Assembly (NCBI RefSeq): GCF_044324875.1
Contig: NZ_CP172185.1
Origin: Escherichia coli
Lineage (GTDB): Bacteria > Pseudomonadota > Gammaproteobacteria > Enterobacterales > Enterobacteriaceae
Strand: one strand, 5' to 3'
Length of the DNA: 64,000 nucleotides
This document shows positions 27,320 to 41,067 of the stretch, in pieces. The position numbers and the translations under genes are program-made. The stretch's first letter is position 1. Each line of letters begins with the position of its first letter. The notes beneath the pieces were generated by a model. It searched no databases. It was given only the letters and a program-made list of their open reading frames with translations, and had not been told where the DNA came from.

Positions 27320-28945
27320 ATGACAGTATTCAACAAATTTGTTAGAAGTTTTAAATCTCATTGGTTGTTGTATCTTTGTGTTATTGTTTTTGGTATTACG
27401 AACTTAGTCGCCTCTTCCGGAGCGCATATGGTTCAGCGATTGCTGTTTTTCGTTCTGACCATCCTGGTTGTTAAACGTATATCATCCCTTCCGCTTCGCC
27501 TGCTTGTTGCCGCACCATTTGTGTTACTGACAGCGGCAGATATGAGTATTAGCCTCTATTCATGGTGTACCTTTGGTACAACTTTCAATGATGGATTTGC
27601 GATTAGTGTGCTGCAGAGTGATCCGGATGAAGTTGTCAAAATGCTGGGAATGTATATCCCTTATCTATGTGCTTTTGCCTTTTTATCCCTTCTTTTTTTT
27701 GCAGTAATAATAAAATATGATGTTTCCTTGCCGACAAAAAAAGTGACAGGAATATTATTGCTGATTGTCATTTCGGGAAGTTTATTTTCCGCTTGTCAAT
27801 TTGCTTATAAAGATGCAAAAAATAAAGAGGCGTTCAGTCCATATATACTAGCGTCGCGATTTGCTACCTATACGCCGTTTTTCAATCTCAATTATTTTGC
27901 TTTAGCAGCGAAAGAGCATCAAAGATTACTCTCAATTGCAAACACGGTGCCGTATTTTCAACTATCAGTCAGGGATACAGGTATTGATACCTACGTGTTG
28001 ATTGTGGGGGAGTCTGTACGTGTCGACAATATGTCTTTGTATGGATATACACGCTCTACGACACCGCAAGTCGAAGCACAAAGAAAACAGATCAAACTGT
28101 TTAATCAAGCAATAAGCGGTGCACCTTACACTGCGCTGTCGGTTCCCCTTTCTTTAACTGCTGATTCCGTTTTGAGTCATGACATTCATAATTACCCGGA
28201 CAACATTATTAATATGGCTAATCAAGCAGGATTTCAGACTTTCTGGCTAAGCTCGCAATCCGCTTTTCGGCAGAATGGTACAGCAGTTACCAGTATCGCC
28301 ATGCGCGCCATGGAAACAGTCTATGTCAGAGGATTTGATGAATTGTTGTTGCCGCATTTATCGCAAGCGTTACAGCAAAAGACGCAGCAAAAGAAACTGA
28401 TTGTTCTTCATTTAAATGGAAGCCATGAACCGGCTTGTAGCGCCTATCCGCAATCCAGCGCCGTGTTTCAACCGCAGGACGATCAGGATGCCTGCTATGA
28501 CAACTCCATTCATTACACAGATAGTTTGCTAGGTCAGGTTTTTGAATTATTAAAAGATCGCCGCGCCTCGGTCATGTATTTTGCCGACCACGGCCTGGAA
28601 CGCGACCCTACGAAGAAGAACGTCTATTTTCATGGAGGCAGGGAGGCCAGCCAGCAGGCATATCATGTCCCGATGTTTATCTGGTATAGCCCCGTTCTTG
28701 GGGATGGCGTGGATCGCACAACGGAAAACGATATCTTTTCCACTGCGTACAATAATTACCTTATTAATGCGTGGATGGGGGTAACAAAGCCGGAACAGCC
28801 GCAAACGCTGGAGGAAGTGATTGCACACTATAAAGGAGACTCACGGGTTGTAGATGCAAACCATGATGTTTTCGATTTTGTGATGCTAAGAAAGGAGTTT
28901 ACTGAGGATAAGCAAGGTAACCCCACCCCTGAAGGGCAGGGTTGA
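27320..28945 (+). CDS. yhbX: Putative phosphoethanolamine transferase (EptA/sulfatase family), polytopic N-terminus
   Basis: ORF 27287..28945; start at internal Met MTVFNKFVRSFKSHWLLYLCVIVFG... gives 541 aa as in K-12; preceded by a very AT-rich region. Confidence 0.85.
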   Translation: MTVFNKFVRSFKSHWLLYLCVIVFGITNLVASSGAHMVQRLLFFVLTILVVKRISSLPLRLLVAAPFVLLTAADMSISLYSWCTFGTTFNDGFAISVLQSDPDEVVKMLGMYIPYLCAFAFLSLLFFAVIIKYDVSLPTKKVTGILLLIVISGSLFSACQFAYKDAKNKEAFSPYILASRFATYTPFFNLNYFALAAKEHQRLLSIANTVPYFQLSVRDTGIDTYVLIVGESVRVDNMSLYGYTRSTTPQVEAQRKQIKLFNQAISGAPYTALSVPLSLTADSVLSHDIHNYPDNIINMANQAGFQTFWLSSQSAFRQNGTAVTSIAMRAMETVYVRGFDELLLPHLSQALQQKTQQKKLIVLHLNGSHEPACSAYPQSSAVFQPQDDQDACYDNSIHYTDSLLGQVFELLKDRRASVMYFADHGLERDPTKKNVYFHGGREASQQAYHVPMFIWYSPVLGDGVDRTTENDIFSTAYNNYLINAWMGVTKPEQPQTLEEVIAHYKGDSRVVDANHDVFDFVMLRKEFTEDKQGNPTPEGQG

Positions 28946-28952
28946 TGTCGAA

Positions 28953-30311
<1,359 letters not shown>

Positions 30312-30347
30312 TTAATTAACTGATGATGAGCCTGGATTTCCGCTCTC

Positions 30348-30384
30348 ACTGAATTTTTATGCAAAATAAATGAGTTTTCATTTA
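30348..30384 (-). promoter_or_regulatory. Probable tandem ARG boxes (ArgR operator) upstream of argG
   Basis: Minus strand reads ...AATGAAAACTCATTTATTTTGCATAAAAATTCAGT..., two adjacent TGAAT/ATTCA-like palindromes matching the ARG-box consensus, 50-90 nt upstream of the argG ATG. Confidence 0.5.
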
Positions 30385-30521
30385 ATCATCTTTTATCGGA
30401 GACAGGAAGAGTTTAGTGTGTTTTTTGTAAAATAATGCGCTTAAGGGAGAGCAGGAGAAGGCAAAAGTATTCAACAAATGAAAGTGAACCGGATATTCAT
30501 TCACGTGATTAGCAATAAACG

Positions 30522-30551
30522 TTGACAAAATGTGGCATGGATCACTATAAT
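30522..30551 (+). promoter_or_regulatory. Sigma-70 promoter of the metY-rimP-nusA-infB operon
   Basis: Consensus -35 TTGACA (30522-30527) and consensus -10 TATAAT (30546-30551) with 18-bp spacer, about 90 nt upstream of the tRNA. Confidence 0.7.
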
Positions 30552-30643
30552 GCCTGCAGATTTTACGTCCCGTCTCGGTACACCAAATCCCAGCAGTATT
30601 TGCATTTTTTACCCAAAACGAGTAGAATTTGCCACGTTTCAGG

Positions 30644-30720
<77 letters not shown>

Positions 30721-30926
30721 CTTTCCCTTAGAGTCCTTTTTCAAATATACTGTGAAGACTTCGGCCTTCGTAGTGGGATTTGAAAAAATCCTTCTGGAAA
30801 GTGCTCCAGACCGCAGTTGCGGTTATAGGGTTCAGTTATATAAAGCCCCGATTTATCGGGGTTTTTTGTTATCTGACTACAGAATAACTGGGCTTTAGGC
30901 CCTTTTTTTATGTCTTGGGGGTGGGC

Positions 30927-31379
30927 TTGTCCACATTAGAGCAAAAATTAACAGAGATGATTACTGCGCCAGTTGAGGCCCTGGGTTTTGAACTGGTTGG
31001 CATCGAATTTATTCGCGGTCGCACATCCACACTGCGCATCTATATTGATAGTGAAGATGGCATCAATGTTGATGATTGTGCTGATGTGAGCCACCAGGTA
31101 AGTGCTGTGCTGGATGTTGAAGATCCCATCACCGTTGCTTATAACCTGGAAGTCTCCTCACCGGGTCTCGATCGCCCACTGTTCACGGCTGAACACTACG
31201 CCCGTTTCGTCGGAGAAGAGGTGACTCTGGTTCTCCGCATGGCGGTACAAAACCGTCGTAAATGGCAGGGCGTTATCAAAGCGGTAGACGGTGAAATGAT
31301 CACAGTTACCGTCGAAGGTAAAGATGAAGTGTTCGCGCTGAGTAATATCCAGAAGGCGAACCTGGTTCCCCACTTTTAA
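30927..31379 (+). CDS. rimP: Ribosome maturation factor RimP
   Basis: Translation ...[27 protein letters not shown]...; start set at TTG 30927 for the 150-aa form; in-frame GTG 30921 and TTG 30915 are alternative starts. Confidence 0.85.
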
Positions 31380-31406
31380 TAGTCTGGATGAGGTGAAAAG
31401 CCCGCG

Positions 31407-32894
<1,488 letters not shown>

Positions 32895-32918
32895 TAAACT
32901 GTAGCAGGAAGGAACAGC

Positions 32919-35591
32919 ATGACAGATGTAACGATTAAAACGCTGGCCGCAGAGCGACAGACCTCCGTGGAACGCCTGGTACAGCAATTTGCTGATGCAG
33001 GTATCCGGAAGTCTGCTGACGACTCTGTGTCCGCACAAGAGAAACAGACTTTGATTGACCACCTGAATCAGAAAAATTCAGGCCCGGACAAATTGACGCT
33101 GCAACGTAAAACACGCAGCACCCTTAACATTCCTGGTACCGGTGGAAAAAGCAAATCGGTACAAATCGAAGTCCGCAAGAAACGCACCTTTGTGAAACGC
33201 GATCCGCAAGAGGCTGAACGCCTTGCTGCGGAAGAGCAAGCGCAGCGTGAAGCGGAAGAGCAAGCCCGTCGTGAGGCAGAAGAATCGGCTAAACGCGAGG
33301 CGCAACAAAAAGCTGAACGTGAGGCCGCAGAACAAGCTAAGCGTGAAGCTGCTGAACAAGCGAAACGTGAAGCTGCGGAAAAAGACAAAGTGAGCAATCA
33401 ACAAGACGATATGACTAAAAACGCCCAGGCTGAAAAAGCCCGCCGTGAGCAGGAAGCTGCAGAGCTCAAGCGTAAAGCCGAAGAAGAAGCGCGTCGTAAA
33501 CTCGAAGAAGAAGCACGTCGCGTTGCTGAAGAAGCACGTCGTATGGCGGAAGAAAACAAATGGACTGATAACGCGGAACCGACTGAAGATTCCAGCGATT
33601 ATCACGTCACTACTTCTCAACATGCTCGCCAGGCAGAAGACGAAAGCGATCGTGAAGTCGAAGGCGGCCGTGGCCGTGGTCGTAACGCGAAAGCTGCGCG
33701 TCCGAAGAAAGGCAACAAACACGCTGAATCAAAAGCTGATCGTGAAGAAGCACGCGCAGCAGTACGTGGCGGTAAAGGCGGAAAACGTAAAGGTTCTTCG
33801 CTGCAGCAAGGCTTCCAGAAGCCTGCTCAGGCCGTTAACCGTGACGTTGTGATCGGTGAAACCATCACCGTTGGCGAACTGGCGAACAAGATGGCTGTTA
33901 AAGGCTCTCAGGTCATCAAAGCGATGATGAAACTGGGCGCAATGGCAACCATCAACCAGGTTATCGATCAGGAAACCGCACAGCTGGTTGCTGAAGAGAT
34001 GGGCCACAAAGTTATCCTGCGTCGTGAAAACGAGCTGGAAGAAGCGGTAATGAGCGACCGTGACACGGGTGCAGCGGCTGAACCGCGCGCGCCGGTTGTG
34101 ACCATCATGGGTCACGTTGACCACGGTAAAACCTCTCTGCTGGACTACATTCGTTCAACGAAAGTGGCCTCTGGCGAAGCGGGCGGCATTACCCAGCACA
34201 TTGGTGCATACCACGTTGAAACTGAAAACGGCATGATCACCTTCCTGGACACCCCGGGGCACGCCGCGTTTACTTCAATGCGTGCTCGTGGTGCGCAGGC
34301 AACGGACATCGTAGTCCTGGTTGTTGCTGCCGACGACGGCGTAATGCCGCAGACCATCGAAGCAATCCAGCACGCGAAAGCGGCGCAGGTTCCGGTGGTG
34401 GTTGCAGTGAACAAGATCGATAAACCAGAAGCCGATCCGGATCGCGTTAAGAACGAACTCTCCCAGTACGGCATCCTGCCGGAAGAGTGGGGCGGTGAAA
34501 GCCAGTTCGTACATGTGTCTGCGAAAGCGGGTACTGGTATCGATGAGCTGCTGGACGCTATCCTGCTGCAGGCGGAAGTTCTGGAACTGAAAGCGGTACG
34601 TAAAGGTATGGCGAGCGGTGCGGTTATCGAATCCTTCCTCGATAAAGGTCGTGGTCCGGTTGCTACCGTTCTGGTACGTGAAGGTACTCTGCACAAGGGC
34701 GATATCGTTCTGTGTGGCTTCGAATACGGTCGTGTTCGTGCGATGCGTAACGAACTGGGTCAGGAAGTGCTGGAAGCGGGTCCGTCCATTCCGGTGGAAA
34801 TCCTCGGCCTGTCCGGCGTTCCGGCTGCGGGTGATGAAGTTACCGTTGTACGTGACGAGAAGAAAGCGCGTGAAGTTGCACTCTATCGTCAGGGTAAATT
34901 CCGCGAAGTTAAACTGGCGCGTCAGCAGAAATCTAAACTCGAGAACATGTTCGCCAACATGACCGAAGGCGAAGTTCACGAAGTGAATATCGTCCTGAAG
35001 GCAGACGTACAGGGTTCTGTGGAAGCTATCTCCGACTCCTTGCTGAAACTGTCTACTGACGAAGTTAAAGTGAAGATCATCGGTTCTGGCGTAGGTGGTA
35101 TCACCGAAACCGACGCTACCCTGGCTGCGGCGTCCAACGCCATCCTGGTTGGCTTCAACGTACGTGCTGATGCCTCTGCACGTAAAGTGATTGAAGCGGA
35201 AAGCCTGGATCTGCGTTACTACTCCGTCATCTATAACCTGATCGACGAAGTGAAAGCGGCAATGAGCGGTATGCTGTCTCCGGAACTGAAACAGCAGATT
35301 ATCGGTCTGGCGGAAGTTCGTGACGTGTTCAAATCGCCGAAATTTGGTGCCATCGCAGGCTGTATGGTTACCGAAGGTGTGGTTAAACGTCACAACCCGA
35401 TCCGCGTTCTGCGCGACAACGTGGTTATCTACGAAGGCGAGCTGGAGTCCCTGCGCCGCTTCAAAGATGACGTTAACGAAGTCCGTAACGGTATGGAATG
35501 TGGTATCGGCGTTAAGAACTACAACGACGTCCGCACTGGCGATGTGATCGAAGTATTCGAAATCATCGAAATCCAACGTACCATCGCTTAA
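32919..35591 (+). CDS. infB: Translation initiation factor IF-2 (alpha form)
   Basis: 890-aa ORF with G-domain motifs [18 protein letters not shown]. In-frame GTG at 33390 and ATG at 33411 fall where the known internal starts of the shorter IF2 forms lie. Confidence 0.97.
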
Positions 35592-35603
35592 GGTTGTCTG
35601 GGT

Positions 35604-35682
35604 TGTAGGCCGGATAAGGCTTTTACGCCGCATCCGGCAGCCGTTGCCTGATGCGACGCTCGCGCGTCTTATCAGGCCTACA
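35604..35682. repeat. REP elements in the infB-rbfA intergenic region
   Basis: tgtaggccggataaggcttttacgccgcatccggcag and gcctgatgcgacgctcgcgcgtcttatcaggcctaca. Confidence 0.8.
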
Positions 35683-35749
35683 CAGCCCTTTCCACCTGAG
35701 ATTAATTTTAAAAGGGGCTATGGCCCCTTTTTTGTCAGGAGAATTTATT

Positions 35750-36151
35750 ATGGCGAAAGAATTTGGTCGCCCGCAGCGCGTAGCGCAGGAAATGCAAAAA
35801 GAGATCGCTCTCATCCTGCAGCGTGAAATTAAAGATCCTCGTCTGGGCATGATGACCACCGTTTCCGGTGTCGAAATGTCTCGTGACCTGGCGTATGCCA
35901 AAGTATATGTAACGTTCCTCAACGACAAAGATGAAGACGCGGTTAAAGCGGGCATCAAAGCGTTGCAGGAAGCTTCTGGTTTCATCCGCAGCCTGCTGGG
36001 GAAAGCGATGCGCCTGCGTATCGTGCCGGAACTGACCTTCTTCTACGACAACTCGCTGGTTGAAGGGATGCGCATGTCAAACCTGGTGACCAGCGTGGTC
36101 AAACATGACGAAGAACGTCGTGTTAACCCGGACGACAGCAAGGAGGACTAA
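35750..36151 (+). CDS. rbfA: Ribosome-binding factor A
   Basis: ORF 35651..36151; start at Met of [33 protein letters not shown]... (133 aa). Confidence 0.92.
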
Positions 36152-37095
36152 TGAGTCGTCCTCGTCGTCGCGGTCGCGACATTAACGGCGTGTTGTTGCT
36201 GGATAAACCGCAGGGTATGTCCAGCAACGATGCGCTGCAAAAAGTGAAACGGATTTATAACGCCAACCGTGCCGGGCATACCGGTGCGCTGGACCCGCTG
36301 GCGACCGGCATGTTGCCGATTTGCCTCGGGGAAGCGACGAAGTTTTCCCAGTACCTGCTGGACTCCGACAAACGCTATCGGGTCATTGCGCGTCTTGGAC
36401 AGCGTACCGATACGTCTGACGCCGATGGACAAATCGTTGAAGAACGTCCGGTAACCTTTAGCGCAGAGCAACTGGCGGCGGCACTGGATACTTTCCGTGG
36501 CGATATCGAACAGATCCCATCGATGTATTCAGCACTGAAATACCAGGGCAAAAAACTGTACGAATATGCGCGTCAGGGCATTGAAGTACCGCGTGAAGCG
36601 CGCCCGATTACCGTTTATGAATTGCTGTTTATTCGCCACGAAGGCAATGAGCTGGAGCTGGAAATTCACTGCTCAAAAGGCACTTATATCCGCACCATTA
36701 TTGATGACCTGGGTGAAAAACTCGGTTGTGGCGCGCATGTTATTTACCTGCGTCGTCTGGCGGTAAGTAAATATCCGGTTGAACGGATGGTGACCCTGGA
36801 ACATCTGCGTGAACTGGTTGAACAAGCCGAACAGCAGAATATTCCAGCCGCGGAGTTACTTGATCCATTACTGATGCCAATGGACAGTCCAGCTTCGGAC
36901 TACCCGGTGGTGAATCTTCCGTTAACGTCTTCTGTTTACTTCAAAAATGGTAACCCGGTTCGTACATCCGGTGCGCCGCTGGAAGGACTGGTTCGCGTTA
37001 CAGAAGGTGAGAACGGCAAGTTTATCGGTATGGGCGAAATTGACGATGAAGGCCGCGTCGCGCCTCGTCGCCTGGTGGTTGAATACCCGGCGTAA
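36151..37095 (+). CDS. truB: tRNA pseudouridine-55 synthase
   Basis: 314-aa ORF with catalytic [11 protein letters not shown] motif; overlaps rbfA stop. Confidence 0.96.
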   Translation: MSRPRRRGRDINGVLLLDKPQGMSSNDALQKVKRIYNANRAGHTGALDPLATGMLPICLGEATKFSQYLLDSDKRYRVIARLGQRTDTSDADGQIVEERPVTFSAEQLAAALDTFRGDIEQIPSMYSALKYQGKKLYEYARQGIEVPREARPITVYELLFIRHEGNELELEIHCSKGTYIRTIIDDLGEKLGCGAHVIYLRRLAVSKYPVERMVTLEHLRELVEQAEQQNIPAAELLDPLLMPMDSPASDYPVVNLPLTSSVYFKNGNPVRTSGAPLEGLVRVTEGENGKFIGMGEIDDEGRVAPRRLVVEYPA

Positions 37096-37147
37096 TGTTA
37101 ACCGTCTTGCGATAACAGGTCGCTACGAGTAGAATACTGCCGCTTAA

Positions 37148-37513
<366 letters not shown>

Positions 37514-37526
37514 TTCTTGCGAGTTT

Positions 37527-37559
37527 CAGAAAAGGGGGCCTGAGTGGCCCCTTTTTTCA
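37527..37559 (+). terminator. rpsO intrinsic terminator
   Basis: aaaagggggcc-tgagt-ggcccc-ttttttc immediately after the rpsO stop. Confidence 0.8.
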
Positions 37560-37604
37560 AGCTGACGGCAGCAATTCACTGGAAACTAATGTATTGTTGC
37601 TATG

Positions 37605-37708
37605 AATGATCTTCCGTTGCAGAGGTTCGCGCGGCTAATGAGAGGCTTTACCCACATTGGGCTGGGTTAGGGTTGTCATTAGTCGCGAGGATGCGCAGAA
37701 GATCGGGT
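37605..37708 (+). promoter_or_regulatory. pnp leader long imperfect stem-loop (known RNase III autoregulatory processing site)
   Basis: Arms around atgatcttccgttgcagaggttcgcgcg (about 37605-37634) and cgcgaggatgcgcagaagatcgggt (about 37684-37708) are largely complementary; lies between rpsO and the pnp start. Confidence 0.6.
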
Positions 37709-37759
37709 ATTAACACCAGTGCCGTAAGGTACTGTCTAAGAAAGAGAAAGGATATTACA

Positions 37760-39895
37760 TTGCTTAATCCGATCGTTCGTAAATTCCAGTACGGCCAACA
37801 CACCGTGACTCTGGAAACCGGCATGATGGCTCGTCAGGCTACTGCCGCTGTTATGGTTAGCATGGATGACACCGCGGTATTCGTTACCGTTGTTGGCCAG
37901 AAAAAAGCCAAACCAGGTCAGGACTTCTTCCCACTGACCGTTAACTATCAGGAGCGTACCTACGCTGCTGGTCGTATCCCGGGTAGCTTCTTCCGTCGTG
38001 AAGGCCGCCCAAGCGAAGGCGAAACGCTGATCGCGCGTCTGATTGACCGCCCGATTCGCCCGCTGTTCCCGGAAGGTTTCGTCAACGAAGTTCAGGTTAT
38101 CGCCACCGTGGTTTCTGTTAACCCGCAGGTTAACCCGGATATCGTCGCGATGATTGGTGCTTCCGCAGCACTGTCTCTGTCTGGTATTCCGTTCAATGGT
38201 CCGATTGGTGCTGCCCGCGTAGGTTACATCAATGACCAGTACGTACTGAACCCGACTCAGGACGAGCTGAAAGAGAGCAAACTGGATCTGGTTGTTGCGG
38301 GTACTGAAGCCGCTGTACTGATGGTTGAATCTGAAGCTGAACTGCTGAGCGAAGACCAGATGCTGGGCGCAGTAGTGTTCGGTCATGAACAACAGCAGGT
38401 TGTTATTCAGAACATCAATGAACTGGTGAAAGAAGCCGGTAAACCGCGTTGGGACTGGCAGCCGGAGCCGGTAAACGAAGCGCTGAACGCGCGCGTTGCT
38501 GCACTGGCTGAAGCTCGTCTGAGCGATGCTTACCGCATCACCGACAAACAAGAGCGTTATGCGCAGGTTGATGTCATCAAATCTGAAACCATCGCGACGC
38601 TGCTTGCTGAAGATGAAACCCTGGACGAAAACGAACTGGGTGAAATTCTGCACGCTATCGAGAAAAACGTTGTTCGTAGCCGCGTACTGGCAGGCGAACC
38701 GCGTATCGACGGTCGTGAAAAAGATATGATTCGTGGTCTGGATGTGCGTACTGGCGTGCTGCCGCGTACTCACGGTTCTGCGCTGTTCACCCGTGGTGAA
38801 ACGCAGGCACTGGTTACTGCAACGCTGGGTACCGCTCGTGACGCACAGGTTCTTGATGAACTGATGGGCGAACGTACCGACACCTTCCTGTTCCACTACA
38901 ACTTCCCTCCGTACTCCGTAGGCGAAACCGGCATGGTCGGTTCTCCGAAGCGTCGTGAAATTGGTCACGGTCGTCTGGCGAAGCGCGGCGTGCTGGCAGT
39001 CATGCCGGATATGGACAAATTCCCGTATACCGTACGTGTGGTGTCTGAAATCACTGAATCCAACGGTTCTTCTTCTATGGCTTCCGTGTGCGGCGCGTCT
39101 CTGGCGCTGATGGACGCAGGTGTGCCAATCAAAGCTGCCGTTGCGGGTATCGCAATGGGTCTGGTGAAAGAAGGCGACAACTACGTTGTACTGTCTGACA
39201 TTTTGGGCGACGAAGATCACCTGGGCGATATGGACTTCAAAGTTGCGGGTTCCCGCGACGGTATCTCTGCATTGCAGATGGATATCAAAATTGAAGGTAT
39301 CACCAAAGAGATCATGCAGGTTGCACTGAACCAGGCTAAAGGTGCGCGTCTGCATATCCTGGGCGTAATGGAACAGGCGATCAACGCGCCGCGCGGCGAT
39401 ATCTCTGAGTTCGCTCCGCGTATCCATACCATCAAGATCAACCCGGACAAGATCAAAGACGTTATCGGTAAAGGCGGTTCTGTTATCCGTGCTCTGACCG
39501 AAGAAACTGGCACCACCATCGAAATCGAAGATGACGGTACTGTGAAAATCGCAGCGACCGACGGCGAGAAAGCGAAACATGCTATTCGTCGTATCGAAGA
39601 GATCACTGCAGAAATCGAAGTGGGCCGCGTCTACAATGGTAAAGTGACCCGTATCGTTGACTTTGGCGCATTTGTTGCCATCGGTGGCGGTAAAGAAGGT
39701 TTGGTACACATCTCTCAGATCGCTGACAAACGCGTTGAGAAAGTGACCGATTACCTGCAGATGGGTCAGGAAGTACCGGTGAAAGTTCTGGAAGTTGATC
39801 GCCAGGGCCGTATCCGTCTGAGCATTAAAGAAGCGACTGAGCAGTCTCAACCTGCTGCAGCACCGGAAGCTCCGGCTGCTGAACAGGGCGAGTAA
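37760..39895 (+). CDS. pnp: Polynucleotide phosphorylase (PNPase)
   Basis: ORF 37673..39895; start set at TTG 37760 (…ttg ctt aat ccg = M-L-N-P) for the 711-aa product; RNase PH, KH and S1 domains. Confidence 0.93.
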   Translation: MLNPIVRKFQYGQHTVTLETGMMARQATAAVMVSMDDTAVFVTVVGQKKAKPGQDFFPLTVNYQERTYAAGRIPGSFFRREGRPSEGETLIARLIDRPIRPLFPEGFVNEVQVIATVVSVNPQVNPDIVAMIGASAALSLSGIPFNGPIGAARVGYINDQYVLNPTQDELKESKLDLVVAGTEAAVLMVESEAELLSEDQMLGAVVFGHEQQQVVIQNINELVKEAGKPRWDWQPEPVNEALNARVAALAEARLSDAYRITDKQERYAQVDVIKSETIATLLAEDETLDENELGEILHAIEKNVVRSRVLAGEPRIDGREKDMIRGLDVRTGVLPRTHGSALFTRGETQALVTATLGTARDAQVLDELMGERTDTFLFHYNFPPYSVGETGMVGSPKRREIGHGRLAKRGVLAVMPDMDKFPYTVRVVSEITESNGSSSMASVCGASLALMDAGVPIKAAVAGIAMGLVKEGDNYVVLSDILGDEDHLGDMDFKVAGSRDGISALQMDIKIEGITKEIMQVALNQAKGARLHILGVMEQAINAPRGDISEFAPRIHTIKINPDKIKDVIGKGGSVIRALTEETGTTIEIEDDGTVKIAATDGEKAKHAIRRIEEITAEIEVGRVYNGKVTRIVDFGAFVAIGGGKEGLVHISQIADKRVEKVTDYLQMGQEVPVKVLEVDRQGRIRLSIKEATEQSQPAAAPEAPAAEQGE

Positions 39896-40003
39896 GGTTG
39901 CCATTTGCCCTCCGCTGCGGCGGGGGGCTTTTAACCGGGCAGGACGCCTTGTTAGCAACCGGGAACAGGACGTTCATTCAACCGTGGTCTTCGGGAGTGG
40001 GAA

Positions 40004-40888
40004 ATGAAGCCTTTTTTGCGCTGGTGTTTCGTTGCGACAGCACTTACGCTTGCAGGATGCAGTAATACTTCCTGGCGTAAAAGTGAAGTCCTCGCGGTAC
40101 CATTGCAACCGACTTTACAGCAGGAAGTGATTCTGGCACGTATGGAACAAATCCTTGCCAGTCGGGCTTTAACCGATGACGAACGCGCACAGCTTTTATA
40201 TGAGCGCGGAGTGTTGTATGATAGTCTCGGTCTGAGGGCATTAGCGCGTAACGATTTTTCGCAAGCGCTGGCAATCCGACCGGATATGCCTGAAGTATTC
40301 AATTACTTAGGCATATATTTAACGCAGGCAGGCAATTTTGATGCTGCCTATGAAGCGTTTGATTCTGTACTTGAGCTTGATCCAACTTACAACTACGCGC
40401 ACTTGAATCGCGGGATCGCATTATATTACGGCGGTCGTGACAAGTTAGCGCAAGATGATCTGCTGGCGTTTTATCAAGACGATCCCAATGATCCTTTCCG
40501 TAGTCTGTGGCTTTATCTCGCCGAGCAGAAGCTCGATGAGAAGCAGGCTAAAGAAGTGTTGAAACAGCACTTCGAAAAATCGGATAAGGAACAGTGGGGA
40601 TGGAACATTGTCGAGTTCTACCTGGGCAACATTAGCGAACAAACGTTAATGGAAAGGCTCAAGGCGGACGCAACGGATAACACCTCGCTCGCTGAGCATC
40701 TCAGTGAAACCAACTTCTATTTAGGTAAGTACTACCTAAGTCTGGGGGATTTGGACAGCGCCACGGCACTGTTCAAACTGGCGGTTGCCAACAACGTTCA
40801 TAACTTTGTTGAGCACCGATACGCATTGTTGGAATTATCGCTCCTGGGCCAGGACCAAGATGACCTGGCAGAATCGGACCAGCAATAG
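40004..40888 (+). CDS. nlpI: TPR-repeat outer-membrane lipoprotein NlpI
   Basis: 294-aa ORF with lipobox LTLAGCS and TPR repeats. Confidence 0.95.
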
Positions 40889-41067
40889 CTGACGTACACA
40901 TCAGCCCGTAATCTTTTTTGATTGCCATCACCTTAACGGGTGAGGGCGTTGTTGTTCGTTAATACACCTACTTTGAGCCGGTTCACACTTTTCAATGAAA
41001 ATTGCTGATCAATTTCATGATGAGTTATGTAGACTGGCCGCCATTAATTTTGAGGCACACGTACTAC

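Noticed and set aside
33068-33722. Repetitive 109-aa and 214-aa minus-strand ORFs with reiterated peptides
   Set aside because: Antisense reading of the infB Glu/Ala/Arg-rich repeat region; repeats in the protein are an artefact of the sense-strand repeats.
34275-35633. 452-aa ORF antisense to infB, plus 183-aa and 131-aa antisense ORFs at 34145-34696 and 33729-34124
   Set aside because: Shadow ORFs opposite infB; no recognisable domains.
37736-39958. 740-aa ORF antisense to pnp
   Set aside because: It exactly shadows the pnp reading frame on the opposite strand. Long antisense ORFs are expected opposite highly expressed genes that avoid codons whose complements are stops. The product is low-complexity and there is no independent start or RBS context.
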